Positions 8,724 to 19,845 of a stretch of DNA of 64,000 nt are shown piece by piece; position 1 is the first letter of the stretch, and the number at the start of each line of letters is the position of its first letter. Where the stretch lies: contig CAJWPI010000005.1 in the NCBI GenBank assembly GCA_913045055.1, positions 3,675-67,674 of the forward strand, given 5' to 3'. The DNA comes from an uncultured Gammaproteobacteria bacterium (GTDB taxonomy: Bacteria > Pseudomonadota > Gammaproteobacteria > Magnimaribacterales > Magnimaribacteraceae). The notes beneath the pieces were generated by a model. The model was given only the letters and a program-made list of their open reading frames with translations, was not told where the DNA came from and did no database searches. The position numbers and the translations under genes were made by a program.

Positions 8724-10060
8724 ACGCTTCTAATCTTCATTCCTAACTTTTTACAAATCCCCAAAAAATTTGGGAAAGAAGTGCTAATGTTTTTACAATC
8801 TATAATTCTGCAAGTACCTTGGGCTCTTAATGAAGCGATAACAGAAGCCATCGCTATTCTATGATCACCAAAGGAATTAATTTTTGCTTCCTTAAATGGA
8901 GCGCTTTTATTAGCACTTTTGGTTGTGGATTGATCTAGTCCAAAAATATCAATTCCCTCGTTTTTTACAATAAAATCAACACCAAATTCTTTTAGAGATT
9001 TAGACATTGAATCTAATCTATTGCTTTCTTTGTGTTTTAACTCTTCAATGCCATTTATAGTTGTCTTCCCTTTTGCTAGAGAAGCTGCAACAAATAGAAG
9101 GGGTAATTCATCTATTAAATTAGGTATTAAATCTTGATTTAAATTTATAGCTTTTAAATTAGAAGTTTTTACTTCAATATCAGCTGTTGGTTCATAATTA
9201 TTAGAAATAGCATTAACCCTTATGTCACCTCCCATTTCTTGGAGTGCCTCTAATAAACCTGTTCTAGTTTTATTTATACCTATATTCCTCAATACAATAT
9301 GAGAATTAGGAGATATTAGTCCGGACAATATGAAGAAAGAGGCAGAAGAAAAATCACTACATATTTCTATATTAGAAGGTTTTATATTTCTTGGGGGATG
9401 AACAACAATTTTATTTCCTAAATTAGATGAAGTAGTCTCAACTTTTACTCCAAATTGTTTAAACATCTTCTCCGTGTGGTCTCTACTTTCAACTTTTTCA
9501 TATATAACCGATGGATCATTGGCGTACAAAGCTGCAAACATAAGGCATGATTTAACTTGGGCACTATTTATTGGCATTTTGTAATCAATAGAGTTTACTT
9601 TTGTAGTTTTAGATATCTCTAAGGGGGGAGTGCCTTGTTTAACAGACTTTATGTAAAATCCCATTTCAGAAAGAGGTTCAATTATTCTATTCATAGGTCT
9701 TTTTAATAATGATGAATCACCGGTAAGCTTTGAACCAAAGCTTTGACCAACAAGGACTCCAGACATCAATCTCATTGCAGTTCCTGAATTTCCTAGATTT
9801 AGTTTAGAGGAAGGTTTTTTTAAACCGTAAAGCCCTTTACCAGCAATTTCTAGATTTTCTCCTTTTTTAAAACTTTCTATACCCATTTCTTGGAAGGCTT
9901 TTAAAGTAGCAAGACAATCTTCACTTTCTAAGAAACCCTTTAAAGTAGAAGTTCCTGAAGCTAAAGAAGCACACATAATTGCCCTATGAGAAATGGACTT
10001 ATCTCCTGGAATAAAAACTTCACCATTCAAAGAGTCTGTTGGTTCTACCAAAAAATCCAT
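8720..10060 (-). CDS. aroA: 3-phosphoshikimate 1-carboxyvinyltransferase (EPSP synthase)
   Basis: PGDKSISHRA, LGNSGTAMRL and KHKESNRL motifs. 446 aa. Confidence 0.96.
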   Translation of the reverse strand: MDFLVEPTDSLNGEVFIPGDKSISHRAIMCASLASGTSTLKGFLESEDCLATLKAFQEMGIESFKKGENLEIAGKGLYGLKKPSSKLNLGNSGTAMRLMSGVLVGQSFGSKLTGDSSLLKRPMNRIIEPLSEMGFYIKSVKQGTPPLEISKTTKVNSIDYKMPINSAQVKSCLMFAALYANDPSVIYEKVESRDHTEKMFKQFGVKVETTSSNLGNKIVVHPPRNIKPSNIEICSDFSSASFFILSGLISPNSHIVLRNIGINKTRTGLLEALQEMGGDIRVNAISNNYEPTADIEVKTSNLKAINLNQDLIPNLIDELPLLFVAASLAKGKTTINGIEELKHKESNRLDSMSKSLKEFGVDFIVKNEGIDIFGLDQSTTKSANKSAPFKEAKINSFGDHRIAMASVIASLRAQGTCRIIDCKNISTSFPNFLGICKKLGMKIRSV

Positions 10061-10062
10061 AT

Positions 10063-10935
10063 TTAATTTTTATCTAGTAAGTTATCTCGTGAAGATTTTA
10101 GGTTTTTTAAAAAAGATAAAATTAATTCTTGATCATTTGATTCAATTAGTTTGTAAATATGATCAAGTGACTCAGTGAAACCATCTATTGCTTTTAAAAT
10201 TTCTTCTTTATTGGAAAGCATAATATCTTTCCACATTCTAGGATCACTAGAAGCTACCCTTGTGTACCCTTCTAAACTGCCTCCAGAATAAAGAAATGTT
10301 TTTTCAGAAAGATTTTTATAAAGCAAGTCCATTAGGGCATAAGTAACTATATGAGGGAGGTGGCTAGTTAAAGAAAAGATCTTATCATGTGCTTCTGGTC
10401 TCATAGATAGCACCTCAGCTCCCATTAAGACCCAAAAGTCTTTTAGTTTTTTAAAATCATGCCTTTTAGTCTGACCGCTTACTCTAGAAATTAGTACTAT
10501 TTTCTTCTCAAACAAAGAAGCTTTAGAGTTCTTTAGACCACTTCTCTCAGAACCAGCAATAGGATGTGACATCAAAAATTTACTTGATAGCTTTGGGTTA
10601 GAATTTAGAAATTTTAATAACTCAGTCTTGGAACTTAAAGTATCACTAAAGATTGCTTGTTCTTGAGTAATCTTACCTTCAATTAAATAATAAGCTTCTT
10701 CTAATGCGAGAGTTGGTACTGAAAAAATAATTAAAATGTCATTCTTAAACAGATTAAATTCATTATCTTGGTTCTTTATGAGACCTAATTTAAAAGCTTC
10801 TCTTACTGTTTCTTCTTTCTTATCAAAACCGTAGACTAATGCCTTGGAATTTATCGTAGAAAGCTTTTTCAATATTGAGCCTCCTATTAAACCAAGTCCA
10901 ACTACTAAAATATTCTTGAATCCTATAATGCCCAT
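10063..10935 (-). CDS. tyrA: Prephenate/arogenate dehydrogenase
   Basis: N-terminal Rossmann VVGLGLIGGS and AHDKIFSLTSHLPH. It lies between hisC and aroA, as in Pseudomonas-type aromatic amino-acid clusters. Confidence 0.9.
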   Translation of the reverse strand: MGIIGFKNILVVGLGLIGGSILKKLSTINSKALVYGFDKKEETVREAFKLGLIKNQDNEFNLFKNDILIIFSVPTLALEEAYYLIEGKITQEQAIFSDTLSSKTELLKFLNSNPKLSSKFLMSHPIAGSERSGLKNSKASLFEKKIVLISRVSGQTKRHDFKKLKDFWVLMGAEVLSMRPEAHDKIFSLTSHLPHIVTYALMDLLYKNLSEKTFLYSGGSLEGYTRVASSDPRMWKDIMLSNKEEILKAIDGFTESLDHIYKLIESNDQELILSFLKNLKSSRDNLLDKN

Positions 10936-12039
10936 TTACTCTTTAATGATAGATAAAAGCTTGTCCTTAAATAATTTATTTTCTTCAACAAGTCCAATGG
11001 TAACCCTCAAATGATTAGGCATGTTATATACTTCCATTGGTCTAGCTATTACACCTTTTTGTAGTAATTTCATAAATAAATCTTTTGAATTTTGCTTACA
11101 ATCAAAGCAAATGAAATTAGCATAAGATTCAATGGACTCGTAACCTATAGAATCAAGAAATTTATACAAGCCTTCCTTTTCAAGCTTATTCAGTTCTAAA
11201 GAATTTAATAAGTGTTCTTTGTCTTTCAGAGCGTATTCTGCTGCTTTTAAAGCTAAAGAATTTACGTTAAAAGGTTGTCTAATTCTATTGAAGTAATCTG
11301 AAATTTTCTTAGATGAAACTGAATATCCTATCCTAAGTCCTGCTAAACCGTATGCCTTTGAAAAAGTTCTAGAAATGATAAGGTTTGGAAAACTTTCTGT
11401 AAGAGACAATTGAATATCTTCTTTCTCATAATTTGAGTAATCAAAGTATGCTTGGTCTAAAAGAACCAGAATATTTTCAGGAATTTCTTCTAAAAATTTT
11501 ATCAATTCAGGTTTTTCTAAAAAAGTTCCTGTGGGGTTATTGGGATTTGCTATAAATATAATTCTAGTTTTCTTGTTAATTGAATCTTTCATTAACTGAA
11601 GGTCATGACCCCAATTAGTAGCTGGAACTTCTATGCCTTCAGCTCCCATAGATTGAATTACTAGAGGATAGACTGCAAAAGCATGTTGAGAAAAAATTGC
11701 ATTATCCTCTTTGCTTAAGAAACATCTTGTTATAAATTCTATGATATCGTTGGATCCGTTCCCTAATGTTATGCTATCAGCATTAACTTTATGTTCTTTG
11801 CTTAAGCATTCTTTGAGTCTAGAACCATTACCGTCAGGGTATCGATTGAGATCCCTGAGAGAAGTTTTAATTGCTTGAAGAGCTTTTGGGCTAGGACCTA
11901 AAGGGTTTTCATTACTTGCAAGTTTGATAATATTTTTTATACCCAAATCTTTTTCAACATCTTCTATGGGTTTTCCTGGTTCATACGGAACTAATTGTTT
12001 GATACCTGAGTTCAGGAGATCTTCAATATTTGATTTCAT
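10936..12039 (-). CDS. hisC: Histidinol-phosphate aminotransferase
   Basis: Class-II aminotransferase with LASNENPLGPSP, NPNNPTG and the PLP-lysine motif FSKAYGLAGLRIGY. Confidence 0.92.
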   Translation of the reverse strand: MKSNIEDLLNSGIKQLVPYEPGKPIEDVEKDLGIKNIIKLASNENPLGPSPKALQAIKTSLRDLNRYPDGNGSRLKECLSKEHKVNADSITLGNGSNDIIEFITRCFLSKEDNAIFSQHAFAVYPLVIQSMGAEGIEVPATNWGHDLQLMKDSINKKTRIIFIANPNNPTGTFLEKPELIKFLEEIPENILVLLDQAYFDYSNYEKEDIQLSLTESFPNLIISRTFSKAYGLAGLRIGYSVSSKKISDYFNRIRQPFNVNSLALKAAEYALKDKEHLLNSLELNKLEKEGLYKFLDSIGYESIESYANFICFDCKQNSKDLFMKLLQKGVIARPMEVYNMPNHLRVTIGLVEENKLFKDKLLSIIKE

Positions 12040-12043
12040 GTTA

Positions 12044-13123
12044 TTAATTAACTGCCCTAGGGTAAGACCCCAGAATCTTGATATTAACTTGAATTTTGCT
12101 TAATTCTTTTAATAACTTAACCATTTTTTTATCTTGTAAATGCCTATCTAGATCTAAGAAAAAAGAATAATTCCATTTGTCATTTTTAGAAGGTCTATAA
12201 GCTATGTGTGTTAAATTAAGCTCATTCTTATTAATTGGTTTAAGAACTTTGTAAAGAGCACCTGGTTCATTCTTGGTAGTAATAACTAAAGAGGTTTTAT
12301 CTTTCCCTGAAATTTCTGCTTCTTGATGACCTAAAATTATAAACCTTGTAGTATTGTTTGAATAATCTTCTATATTACTTCTGATAATTTCTAATCCATA
12401 TTGCTCAGCTGCTAAACTTCCAGCTATTGCAAGAATATTGGCTTTGCTAGCAGCATTTTTTGCAGCTACAGCATTACTTGAAACAGATACTTTTTTTACT
12501 TTAGGACAATAAGCATCTAACCATTTTCTACACTGGGCTAAAGTTTGTTCATGAGCATGTATCTCAAAGTTATCTCTAGGTAAAGCTCTATCAGATCCCA
12601 TGAGACTATGATGGATGCTCATTTCTATTTCACCACAAATCTTTAAATCAAAAGAAGATAAACAATCAAGGGTTATATTTACTGACCCTTCTGTAGAATT
12701 TTCTATAGGTACAATTCCATAAGAATCTTTACCTTCGCTCACATCTCTAAACACCCCCTCTATACTTTCAGTGGGTTTTGTATTTATCTCATTACCAAAA
12801 TTTTCTTTAACAGCAGCTTCAGAAAAGGTTCCTTCAGGTCCTAAAAAAGAGACTTGAGTAGATTCTTGGTTAGGTCTGCAAGTAGCTATAATCTCTCTGA
12901 AAATACTATTAACTTGTTTTTCTTTCAAAGGGCCTTGATTTAAGGACAGTAACTTATTAAAAATCTTTACTTCAGTTTCAGGTCTATAAACAAATTCTTT
13001 TTCCCCTTCTATTTCTGAAATATTTATAGAATATTCTAGTCTCTTATTCAAAAGAGAGAGTAAATTTTCATCTATTTCTTCTATCAGCTTTTTAATGCTT
13101 ATTAATTCCTTTTCTTTAGACAT
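12044..13123 (-). CDS. pheA: Bifunctional chorismate mutase / prephenate dehydratase (P-protein)
   Basis: An N-terminal CM helix region (IDENLLSLLNKR), a PDT domain (VSFLGPEGTFSE, NTTRFIILG) and a C-terminal ACT domain. Confidence 0.93.
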   Translation of the reverse strand: MSKEKELISIKKLIEEIDENLLSLLNKRLEYSINISEIEGEKEFVYRPETEVKIFNKLLSLNQGPLKEKQVNSIFREIIATCRPNQESTQVSFLGPEGTFSEAAVKENFGNEINTKPTESIEGVFRDVSEGKDSYGIVPIENSTEGSVNITLDCLSSFDLKICGEIEMSIHHSLMGSDRALPRDNFEIHAHEQTLAQCRKWLDAYCPKVKKVSVSSNAVAAKNAASKANILAIAGSLAAEQYGLEIIRSNIEDYSNNTTRFIILGHQEAEISGKDKTSLVITTKNEPGALYKVLKPINKNELNLTHIAYRPSKNDKWNYSFFLDLDRHLQDKKMVKLLKELSKIQVNIKILGSYPRAVN

Positions 13124-13127
13124 AGAA

Positions 13128-14207
13128 CTACAGATTATCCTTTTCGAATGCTTTCATAAACTCTATCAATCTATCTATTCCCTCTTCAGGCATTGCGTTG
13201 TAGATACTTGCCCTCATCCCGCCGACAGATCTATGACCTTTAAGAGCAAAAAGATCACTTTTGACAGATTGATCCAAAAATTTAGAATTCAATGACTCTT
13301 GTCTTAATAGGAATGGTATATTCATAATAGATCTTGAAGATTCTTCTATATTGTTAAAATAAAGATCAGATTGATCTATAAATTTATAGAGTTTAGTTGC
13401 TTTATTTAAATTAGTTTTTGAAATTTCTTTCAACCCTCCAAGAGATTTTAACCATCTAAAAACTTTTCCTGCTACATACCAGGCAAAAGTTGGTGGAGTG
13501 TTATACATGGAATTGTTTTCTTGGTGAGTACTGTAATTAAGCATTGTGGGAACCGATTCTTTTATACCTTCTAAGAGATCTTTTCTGATTATGGCAAAAC
13601 CCAATCCGGCTGGACCTATATTCTTTTGAGCTCCTCCATAAATAACCCCAAATTTAGATACCTCTAGAGGTTCTGAAAGGATACTGGATGAATAATCAGC
13701 AATTAAAGGAATAGTCATTTTATCAAAAGACCTAAGTGCCACTCCTCCTATAGTCTCGTTTGGAGTAACATGGATATAATTAGATTTTGAATTAATTTTC
13801 CAAAGGTTTTGTGTAGGAAAATAATTAAAGTTACTTTCTTCTGAGCTTGCTGAAATCTCAACTTTATTATAGTTCTCTGCTTCATCAATAGCCTTCTTGG
13901 CCCAATAACCAGAGTTGACATAACTAACTACTTCATTTCTTTTAGAGAAATTAAGTGGAATCATAGACATTTGAAGAGAAGCACCACCATGCAAAAAAAC
14001 TACACAATAGTTATCAGGAATAGATAGTAAATCAATGAAATCCTGAGTTGCTTGAAGAGCCATCTCTTGAAAATCATTACTTCTGTGACTTATCTCCAAA
14101 ACAGAAACTCCAAGGCCCTTCCAGTCAAGAATCTCTTCTTGTACTTCTTCCAAGACTGGTAAGGGAAGAGTTGCTGGACCAGCACCAAAGTTAAATTTAC
14201 GCTTCAT
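13128..14207 (-). CDS. serC: 3-phosphoserine/phosphohydroxythreonine aminotransferase
   Basis: N-terminus FNFGAGPATLP, the class-V aminotransferase pattern and GGMRASIYNAMP near the C-terminus. Confidence 0.95.
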   Translation of the reverse strand: MKRKFNFGAGPATLPLPVLEEVQEEILDWKGLGVSVLEISHRSNDFQEMALQATQDFIDLLSIPDNYCVVFLHGGASLQMSMIPLNFSKRNEVVSYVNSGYWAKKAIDEAENYNKVEISASSEESNFNYFPTQNLWKINSKSNYIHVTPNETIGGVALRSFDKMTIPLIADYSSSILSEPLEVSKFGVIYGGAQKNIGPAGLGFAIIRKDLLEGIKESVPTMLNYSTHQENNSMYNTPPTFAWYVAGKVFRWLKSLGGLKEISKTNLNKATKLYKFIDQSDLYFNNIEESSRSIMNIPFLLRQESLNSKFLDQSVKSDLFALKGHRSVGGMRASIYNAMPEEGIDRLIEFMKAFEKDNL

Positions 14208-14230
14208 TTTTCTTTATCAAATGATGATTT

Positions 14231-16774
14231 TTAGTCAGACATAAATTCTTCGCTTATTGAGGCTAAGCTTATAAGGCTCTCTCCATCTTTTAAACGAATA
14301 ACTTTAACTCCTTGGGTGTTTCTTCCTATGATATTTATTTCAGAGACCCTTGTTCTCACCAACATCCCCTTATCTGAAATCAACATTACCTCATCATCAT
14401 CTTTAACTTGTGCTGCTCCTATCAAATTTCCATTACGATCAGAAGTTTGCATGGCGATTACACCCTTTGCACCTCTTCTAGTTTTCCTAAAGTCTTCAGA
14501 ATTTGAACGTTTTCCAAATCCATTCTGGCTTACAGTTAAAATAGAAGCTTCTTCAGATGGAACTATAAGAGAGATCACAAACTGATCATCTTGGAGCTTT
14601 ATGCCTCTTACACCTCTAGCAACTCTTCCCATGGATCTAACTTCTGATTCTGAAAAATGCGCTGCTTTTCCTGCATTTGAAACTAACATTATATATTTAT
14701 TACCATCAGTTACTGTTGTTCCTACAAGCTCATCTCCCTCAAGAAGAGTAATTGCTTTCTTACCCCCTTTTCTTTGATTCGAGAATTCAGTAAGAGAGGT
14801 CTTCTTTACTACACCCTTTCTAGTTGACATGAATATAAAATGCTCAGAATCATATTTCTCAACTGCTACCATGCTTGTTATTCTCTCTCCTTCCTTGAGT
14901 TGAATTAGGTTTACAAGAGGTCTTCCTTTTGCAGATCTACCTGCTACAGGTATTTGATAAACTTTCAACCAGTACACCTGACCTAAATTTGAGAAACAAA
15001 GTAAAGTGGTATGAGTGTTGGCTATTAAAAGTTGTTCAACAAAATCTTCATCTTTTACCGAAGCTGCTGTTTTTCCGGTCCCTCCTCTCTTCTGAGCTTT
15101 ATATTCCTCTAGAGGTTGGGTTTTAGCATAGCCTTGATGTGAGATGGTAACCACTCTGTCTTCGGGTGTTATAAGATCTTCTGTACTAAAATCTGCTACA
15201 GAATCTTGAATTGCGGTTTTTCTGTCATCTTTATAAGACTCTTGAATCTCTTTAAGTTCTTCGGTAATTTCTTTTACTAACCTATTGGGGTCAGACAAAA
15301 TTTGAGTTAGATCTATTATATGTTCAATTATTTCTTCGTATTCTTGGATTAATCTGTCTTGTTCAAGTCCAGTTAATCTTTGAAGGCGCATATCCAGTAT
15401 AGCTTGCGCTTGTTGTTCAGATAATTGGTATGTCTTTCCAATCAAACCTATTGGATCTGTAATTTCTTCAGGTCTACATGCTTCTGATCCAGCTTTCTTT
15501 AGCATTTTCTTTACATTGCCTGGTTTCCATTTTTTAGCTAGTAATTTTGATTTTGCTTCTGGTCCATCTTTACATTTCTTAATTAACTCAATCATGGAAT
15601 CAATATTTGCTAAAGCAATAGAAAGCCCTTCTAATACATGACCCCTTTCTCGGGCTTTTCTTAACTCAAAAAGAGTTCTTCTAGAAACAACTTCCTTCCT
15701 ATGATTAACAAATACTTCTAGAATCTGTTTAAGGTTTAGCAGGGTTGGTTTCCCTTCTACTAATGCCACATTATTAATACCAAAAACAGTTTGCATCTGA
15801 GTCTGAGAAAATAGATTATTAAGGACAACATCAGGGATTTGTCCAGATTTCATTTCTATTACTATCCTCACTCCGTCTTTATCTGATTCGTCCCGTATTT
15901 CTCTTATGCCTTCTATTTTCTTATCTCTAACTAGTTCAGCGATTTTTTCTATCAATCTTGCTTTATTAACCATATATGGCATTTCTGTAACCACAATTTT
16001 GGTAATAGAATCAGAATCTTCATCTTCAATAGTGGTTTTAGCTCTTATTTGTACTTTTCCTTTACCAGACTGATACGCACTTACAATACCTGACCTACCA
16101 TTTATTATCCCCCCTGTAGGAAAATCTGGTCCTGGCATCAAGCTTATAAGTCTCTCTAAGGACACATCAGGATTTCCAATAAACTCTAGGCATGCTGATA
16201 TTGTTTCATTTAAGTTATGGGGTGGCATGTTAGTTGCCATACCTACAGCTATCCCAGAAGAACCATTAACTAAGAGGTTGGGTATTTTTGAAGGAAAAAC
16301 TTCAGGCATAGTTTCTGTATCATCAAAATTATTTACAAAATTTACAGTATCTTTTTCTAGGTCTGTTAAAAGCTCATGGGCTATCTTAGACATCCTAATT
16401 TCTGTATAACGTTGAGCAGCAGGAGGGTCTCCATCCATTGAACCAAAGTTTCCTTGAGGGTCTACTAATGGATATCTCATGCTAAACCATTGGGCCATTC
16501 TTACTATAGTGTCGTAAGCAGCTCCATCTCCATGAGGGTGATACCTCCCAATCACTTCACCTACTATTCTTGCCGATTTTCTATGTGGTCTATTCCAATC
16601 ATTATTCAATCCATGCATTGCATATAGACATCTTCTGTGGACAGGTTTCAGTCCGTCTCTTGCATCTGGAAGAGCCCTTCCTACAATTACACTCATGGCA
16701 TAATCTAAATAGGATTGTTTTAATTCTTCTTCAAGATTAACAGGTATTATTTCTGTAACTGATGATTCATTCAT
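14231..16774 (-). CDS. gyrA: DNA gyrase subunit A
   Basis: The N-terminus [35 protein letters not shown], the [21 protein letters not shown], the catalytic Tyr context [10 protein letters not shown], and a C-terminal beta-pinwheel repeat region. 847 aa. Confidence 0.98.
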   Translation of the reverse strand: MNESSVTEIIPVNLEEELKQSYLDYAMSVIVGRALPDARDGLKPVHRRCLYAMHGLNNDWNRPHRKSARIVGEVIGRYHPHGDGAAYDTIVRMAQWFSMRYPLVDPQGNFGSMDGDPPAAQRYTEIRMSKIAHELLTDLEKDTVNFVNNFDDTETMPEVFPSKIPNLLVNGSSGIAVGMATNMPPHNLNETISACLEFIGNPDVSLERLISLMPGPDFPTGGIINGRSGIVSAYQSGKGKVQIRAKTTIEDEDSDSITKIVVTEMPYMVNKARLIEKIAELVRDKKIEGIREIRDESDKDGVRIVIEMKSGQIPDVVLNNLFSQTQMQTVFGINNVALVEGKPTLLNLKQILEVFVNHRKEVVSRRTLFELRKARERGHVLEGLSIALANIDSMIELIKKCKDGPEAKSKLLAKKWKPGNVKKMLKKAGSEACRPEEITDPIGLIGKTYQLSEQQAQAILDMRLQRLTGLEQDRLIQEYEEIIEHIIDLTQILSDPNRLVKEITEELKEIQESYKDDRKTAIQDSVADFSTEDLITPEDRVVTISHQGYAKTQPLEEYKAQKRGGTGKTAASVKDEDFVEQLLIANTHTTLLCFSNLGQVYWLKVYQIPVAGRSAKGRPLVNLIQLKEGERITSMVAVEKYDSEHFIFMSTRKGVVKKTSLTEFSNQRKGGKKAITLLEGDELVGTTVTDGNKYIMLVSNAGKAAHFSESEVRSMGRVARGVRGIKLQDDQFVISLIVPSEEASILTVSQNGFGKRSNSEDFRKTRRGAKGVIAMQTSDRNGNLIGAAQVKDDDEVMLISDKGMLVRTRVSEINIIGRNTQGVKVIRLKDGESLISLASISEEFMSD

Positions 16775-16930
16775 AATGGTTTATAGATTCAAATTTAAAC
16801 GAAGAACAGACCTTTGAAAGGCCTATAATGGTTGGTTTTCTTGGATTGAATAGAATTTTCAACTTAGATTAGAATTTTATCATATTCCAAGTAAAAAAAG
16901 TGGTTTATATGGCTTAAAAAAGTAGAAAAA

Positions 16931-18340
16931 TTAAGCTTTAAATTCTGCTACTAAAGCCGAAACTGAATCCTTAGCATCACCGAATAACATTCTGGTATTC
17001 GATTTAAAAAATAAAGGATTTTGTATTCCTGCAAATCCCGATGCCATAGATCTCTTGAGAACAAATGTTGTCTTTGCTCTATCTACTTCAATAATTGGCA
17101 TACCGTAGATTGGACTACCCTGATTCTCTTTAGCATCAGGATTTACTACATCATTTGCGCCTATAACCATACAAACATCAACTGTATCCATGATTGGGTT
17201 TACATCTTCAGGCTCAACAAGAACATCGTATGAAACATTAGCCTCAGCTAGCAGCACGTTCATATGTCCAGGCATACGACCTGCAACAGGGTGTATAGCA
17301 TATCTTACCTCTGCACCATTTGCTTCTAATAACTCCCCAAGTTCTCTAACAACATGTTGGGCTTGAGCTACTGCCATTCCATAGCCAGGAACTATTAAAA
17401 CGGATGAAGAAGCTTCAAGTATTAGATATGCATCTGAAGAACTAAGAGGTTTGACTTCTCCCTGTTCAGCTTTTTCCCCTGAACTTAAATCTATCACCGC
17501 TCCAAAACCACTAAAAAGGACATTTGCTAAAGAACGATTCATTGCTTTACACATTATATTAGTAAGAATTAATCCACTTGCCCCTACTAAAGCCCCAGCA
17601 ACTATTAAAACATTATTTTCAATAACAAATCCTGCAGCACAGGCAGCCAAACCTGAGAAGCTGTTCAGTAAAGCTATAACTACTGGCATATCAGCCCCAC
17701 CTATCGGAATTACTAGAAAGATTCCTAAGATAAAAGCAAGTACGCAAATAAGAATTAATATTTGATATTGGGTCTCAGTGAATAATCCTTGGATAAAGAT
17801 CATTTCTAAACCGCATATTAATAGAATTGCTAGGAGTAAAAAGTTAACTATTTGCTGACCTTTGTATAGAAAAGGTTTTCCACCGATAAACTCAGATAGC
17901 TTACCCCAAGCGATTAAACTCCCAGAAAATGTTACCCCCCCTATAAGTACTGTAAGAAAAATAGCTAACAAGGATGCTGCATTTAAGCCTATATTTATTA
18001 AATACTCTGCTGAACCCACCAACAAACTTGCTATTCCACCAAAACCATTGAATAAAGCCACCATTTCTGGCATCGAGGTCATCTTTACCTTTGTTGCAGC
18101 AAAATAACCTATGGAAGCACCTATACATAACCCTATAACAATCCAACTAAAATCAACTATATTCTGATCTAGCAAAGTAACTACTATTGCCAAGAACATT
18201 CCAGATGAAGATAATAGATTTCCTTTTCTTGCAGTTTCGGGAGAGCCCAGCATTTTCAAACCAAATATGAAAAGCATGGAAGATAATATATAAGAAAGAT
18301 TTACAATTAATGTTGTATTTACTTCTTCAAGGAATATCAT
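16931..18340 (-). CDS. pntB: NAD(P) transhydrogenase subunit beta
   Basis: A multi-TM N-terminal half and a C-terminal NADP(H)-binding dIII domain (VPGYGMAVAQAQH, HPVAGRMPGHMNVLLAEA). Confidence 0.95.
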   Translation of the reverse strand: MIFLEEVNTTLIVNLSYILSSMLFIFGLKMLGSPETARKGNLLSSSGMFLAIVVTLLDQNIVDFSWIVIGLCIGASIGYFAATKVKMTSMPEMVALFNGFGGIASLLVGSAEYLINIGLNAASLLAIFLTVLIGGVTFSGSLIAWGKLSEFIGGKPFLYKGQQIVNFLLLAILLICGLEMIFIQGLFTETQYQILILICVLAFILGIFLVIPIGGADMPVVIALLNSFSGLAACAAGFVIENNVLIVAGALVGASGLILTNIMCKAMNRSLANVLFSGFGAVIDLSSGEKAEQGEVKPLSSSDAYLILEASSSVLIVPGYGMAVAQAQHVVRELGELLEANGAEVRYAIHPVAGRMPGHMNVLLAEANVSYDVLVEPEDVNPIMDTVDVCMVIGANDVVNPDAKENQGSPIYGMPIIEVDRAKTTFVLKRSMASGFAGIQNPLFFKSNTRMLFGDAKDSVSALVAEFKA

Positions 18341-18633
18341 TCAACATCCTTCTTCTTAAACATAGACAACATTCTGTTTGTTACCAAATATCCCCCCACC
18401 ACATTTATGGTTGCAAAAATGACTGCTGCTGTTCCAAGGAGAACTGTTATAGGTTGGGATAAGAATCCTGCACCAGAAGCAAGCAAAGCACCAACCAAAG
18501 TAATCCCAGAAATTGCATTTGCTCCAGACATTAAAGGAGTATGAAGTGTGGAAGGAACTTTTGAGATAAGTTCAAACCCTAAAAATATACTCAATACAAG
18601 TACGAATAAAAGTAAAGTTATCTCAGTTTCCAT
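18337..18633 (-). CDS. pntAB: NAD(P) transhydrogenase subunit alpha part 2 (membrane part)
   Basis: 98 aa with three TM helices (HTPLMSGANAISGI motif). ATGA overlap with pntB. Split-alpha organisation. Confidence 0.9.
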   Translation of the reverse strand: METEITLLLFVLVLSIFLGFELISKVPSTLHTPLMSGANAISGITLVGALLASGAGFLSQPITVLLGTAAVIFATINVVGGYLVTNRMLSMFKKKDVE

Positions 18634-18635
18634 AA

Positions 18636-19763
18636 TTAAATCTTGTCTTTAATAGCTTTGTTAACCACTTTCCCCAAATGGGTTACAACACATCCTGATA
18701 AAATCTCATCTCCAAGGTCAAAATTAAAATTCTTATTTTCAGGATCCCAGTACTCATCTATTAAGTTAAACAAATTGCTTCCATATACTAAAGAAGCATC
18801 CATCGCTACTTCTCCAGGTAAATTTGATAAGCCTATTATGGTTACCCCATTACGTTCTATAGTTTCATTTACCATTGAGCCTTCAACATTTCCCCCTGAA
18901 CTAACTGCCATATCCAATACGACACTTCCTGGCTTCATTTCACTAAGCATATCTTCTGTCACTATTCTCGGAGCTGGTCTACCAAAAACTTGGGCAGTTG
19001 TGATTACTACATCTGCTTGTGAACAAATCTTTTTCATTCCTTCTTGTTGTAACCTAACTTGATCCTTTGATAATTCTTTTGCATATCCTTGATCAGTTTC
19101 TTCCGTGTTTCCTATATCAATATGAACAAATCTAGCTCCTAAAGACTTAACCTGTTCTTCTACAACAGGACGAGTATCAAAAGCTTCCACTCTAGCACCC
19201 AACCTTTTAGCAGTGGCTATAGCTTGTAGCCCAGCCACTCCAACTCCAATTACAAAAACTCTACTAGGAGAAATAGTTCCAGCAGCTGTCATCATCATAG
19301 GAAAAGACTTCCTTAGATATTTTGAAGCCTCAATTACTGCAGCATACCCGCCTAAATTTGCCTGTGAACTAAGAGCATCCATTTTTTGGGCCCTTGTTAT
19401 TCTAGGAATTAATTCCATGCTTATAGAAGAAACAGAAAAATTTGCAAATTCCTGTACAAGCTGAATTTCATTAAAAGGATCTAAAAAACTTATATGTATT
19501 GCTTCTTTCTTTAAAAATGCAATCTCTTCTTTAGGGGGTTTATTAATTCTGCATATTATGTCTGAAGAAGACAAAAAATTTTTTCTATCTTTTACAATTT
19601 CTGCTCCAGTTTCCCGATAGAGCAAATCTGAAAGGTGAAGTTTTTTACCTATACCTGCTTCAACCTTTATATCAATCCCTATCTCAGTAAATTTTTTTAC
19701 TGTCTCTGGAAGAACGCTAACTCTAGTTTCTGCTTCCTCTTCAGTAGGAAAAAATATTTGCAC
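18636..19763 (-). CDS. pntAA: NAD(P) transhydrogenase subunit alpha part 1 (dI, NAD(H)-binding)
   Basis: Alanine-dehydrogenase/PNT fold with VFVIGVGVAGLQAIATAKRLGA. The start codon is GTG. Confidence 0.93.
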   Translation of the reverse strand: MQIFFPTEEEAETRVSVLPETVKKFTEIGIDIKVEAGIGKKLHLSDLLYRETGAEIVKDRKNFLSSSDIICRINKPPKEEIAFLKKEAIHISFLDPFNEIQLVQEFANFSVSSISMELIPRITRAQKMDALSSQANLGGYAAVIEASKYLRKSFPMMMTAAGTISPSRVFVIGVGVAGLQAIATAKRLGARVEAFDTRPVVEEQVKSLGARFVHIDIGNTEETDQGYAKELSKDQVRLQQEGMKKICSQADVVITTAQVFGRPAPRIVTEDMLSEMKPGSVVLDMAVSSGGNVEGSMVNETIERNGVTIIGLSNLPGEVAMDASLVYGSNLFNLIDEYWDPENKNFNFDLGDEILSGCVVTHLGKVVNKAIKDKI

Positions 19764-19845
19764 TTTTTGTTAACTGTTATTTAATGTTTAGAGAATAATT
19801 AATTTAACACAATATAAGGCAAGCCACCTTAATCTTTTTGTCACT

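Noticed and set aside
16775-16930. The largest intergenic spacer (156 nt, pntB-gyrA), examined for a tRNA, sRNA, terminator or small ORF. It contains a 9-nt direct repeat (TAGAATTTT, two copies) and a weak CCTTT/AAAGG hairpin.
   Set aside because: It shows no tRNA-like cloverleaf or GC-rich arms. The hairpin is too short and lacks a U-tract. The region is most simply the gyrA promoter region, and I cannot support a discrete feature.
17901-18146. Same-strand alternative-frame ORFs inside pntB (17901-18146) and amtB (58453-58638).
   Set aside because: They are embedded out of frame in well-supported membrane-protein genes. Their Cys/Trp/Arg/Tyr-rich composition is implausible, and there is no independent start context.
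18643-19062. 139-aa plus-strand ORF inside pntAA. Similar long antisense ORFs occur at 411-701, 17451-17765, 19213-19464, 24092-24403, 24617-24970, 32536-32856, 40968-41375 and 44853-45176.
   Set aside because: Each lies entirely antisense to a confidently identified, motif-rich gene. Each has a low-complexity, Ser/Leu/Phe/Ile-rich composition typical of the reverse frame of Lys/Glu/Asp-rich genes. I recognise no motifs in them, and none has intergenic space of its own for a promoter or RBS.
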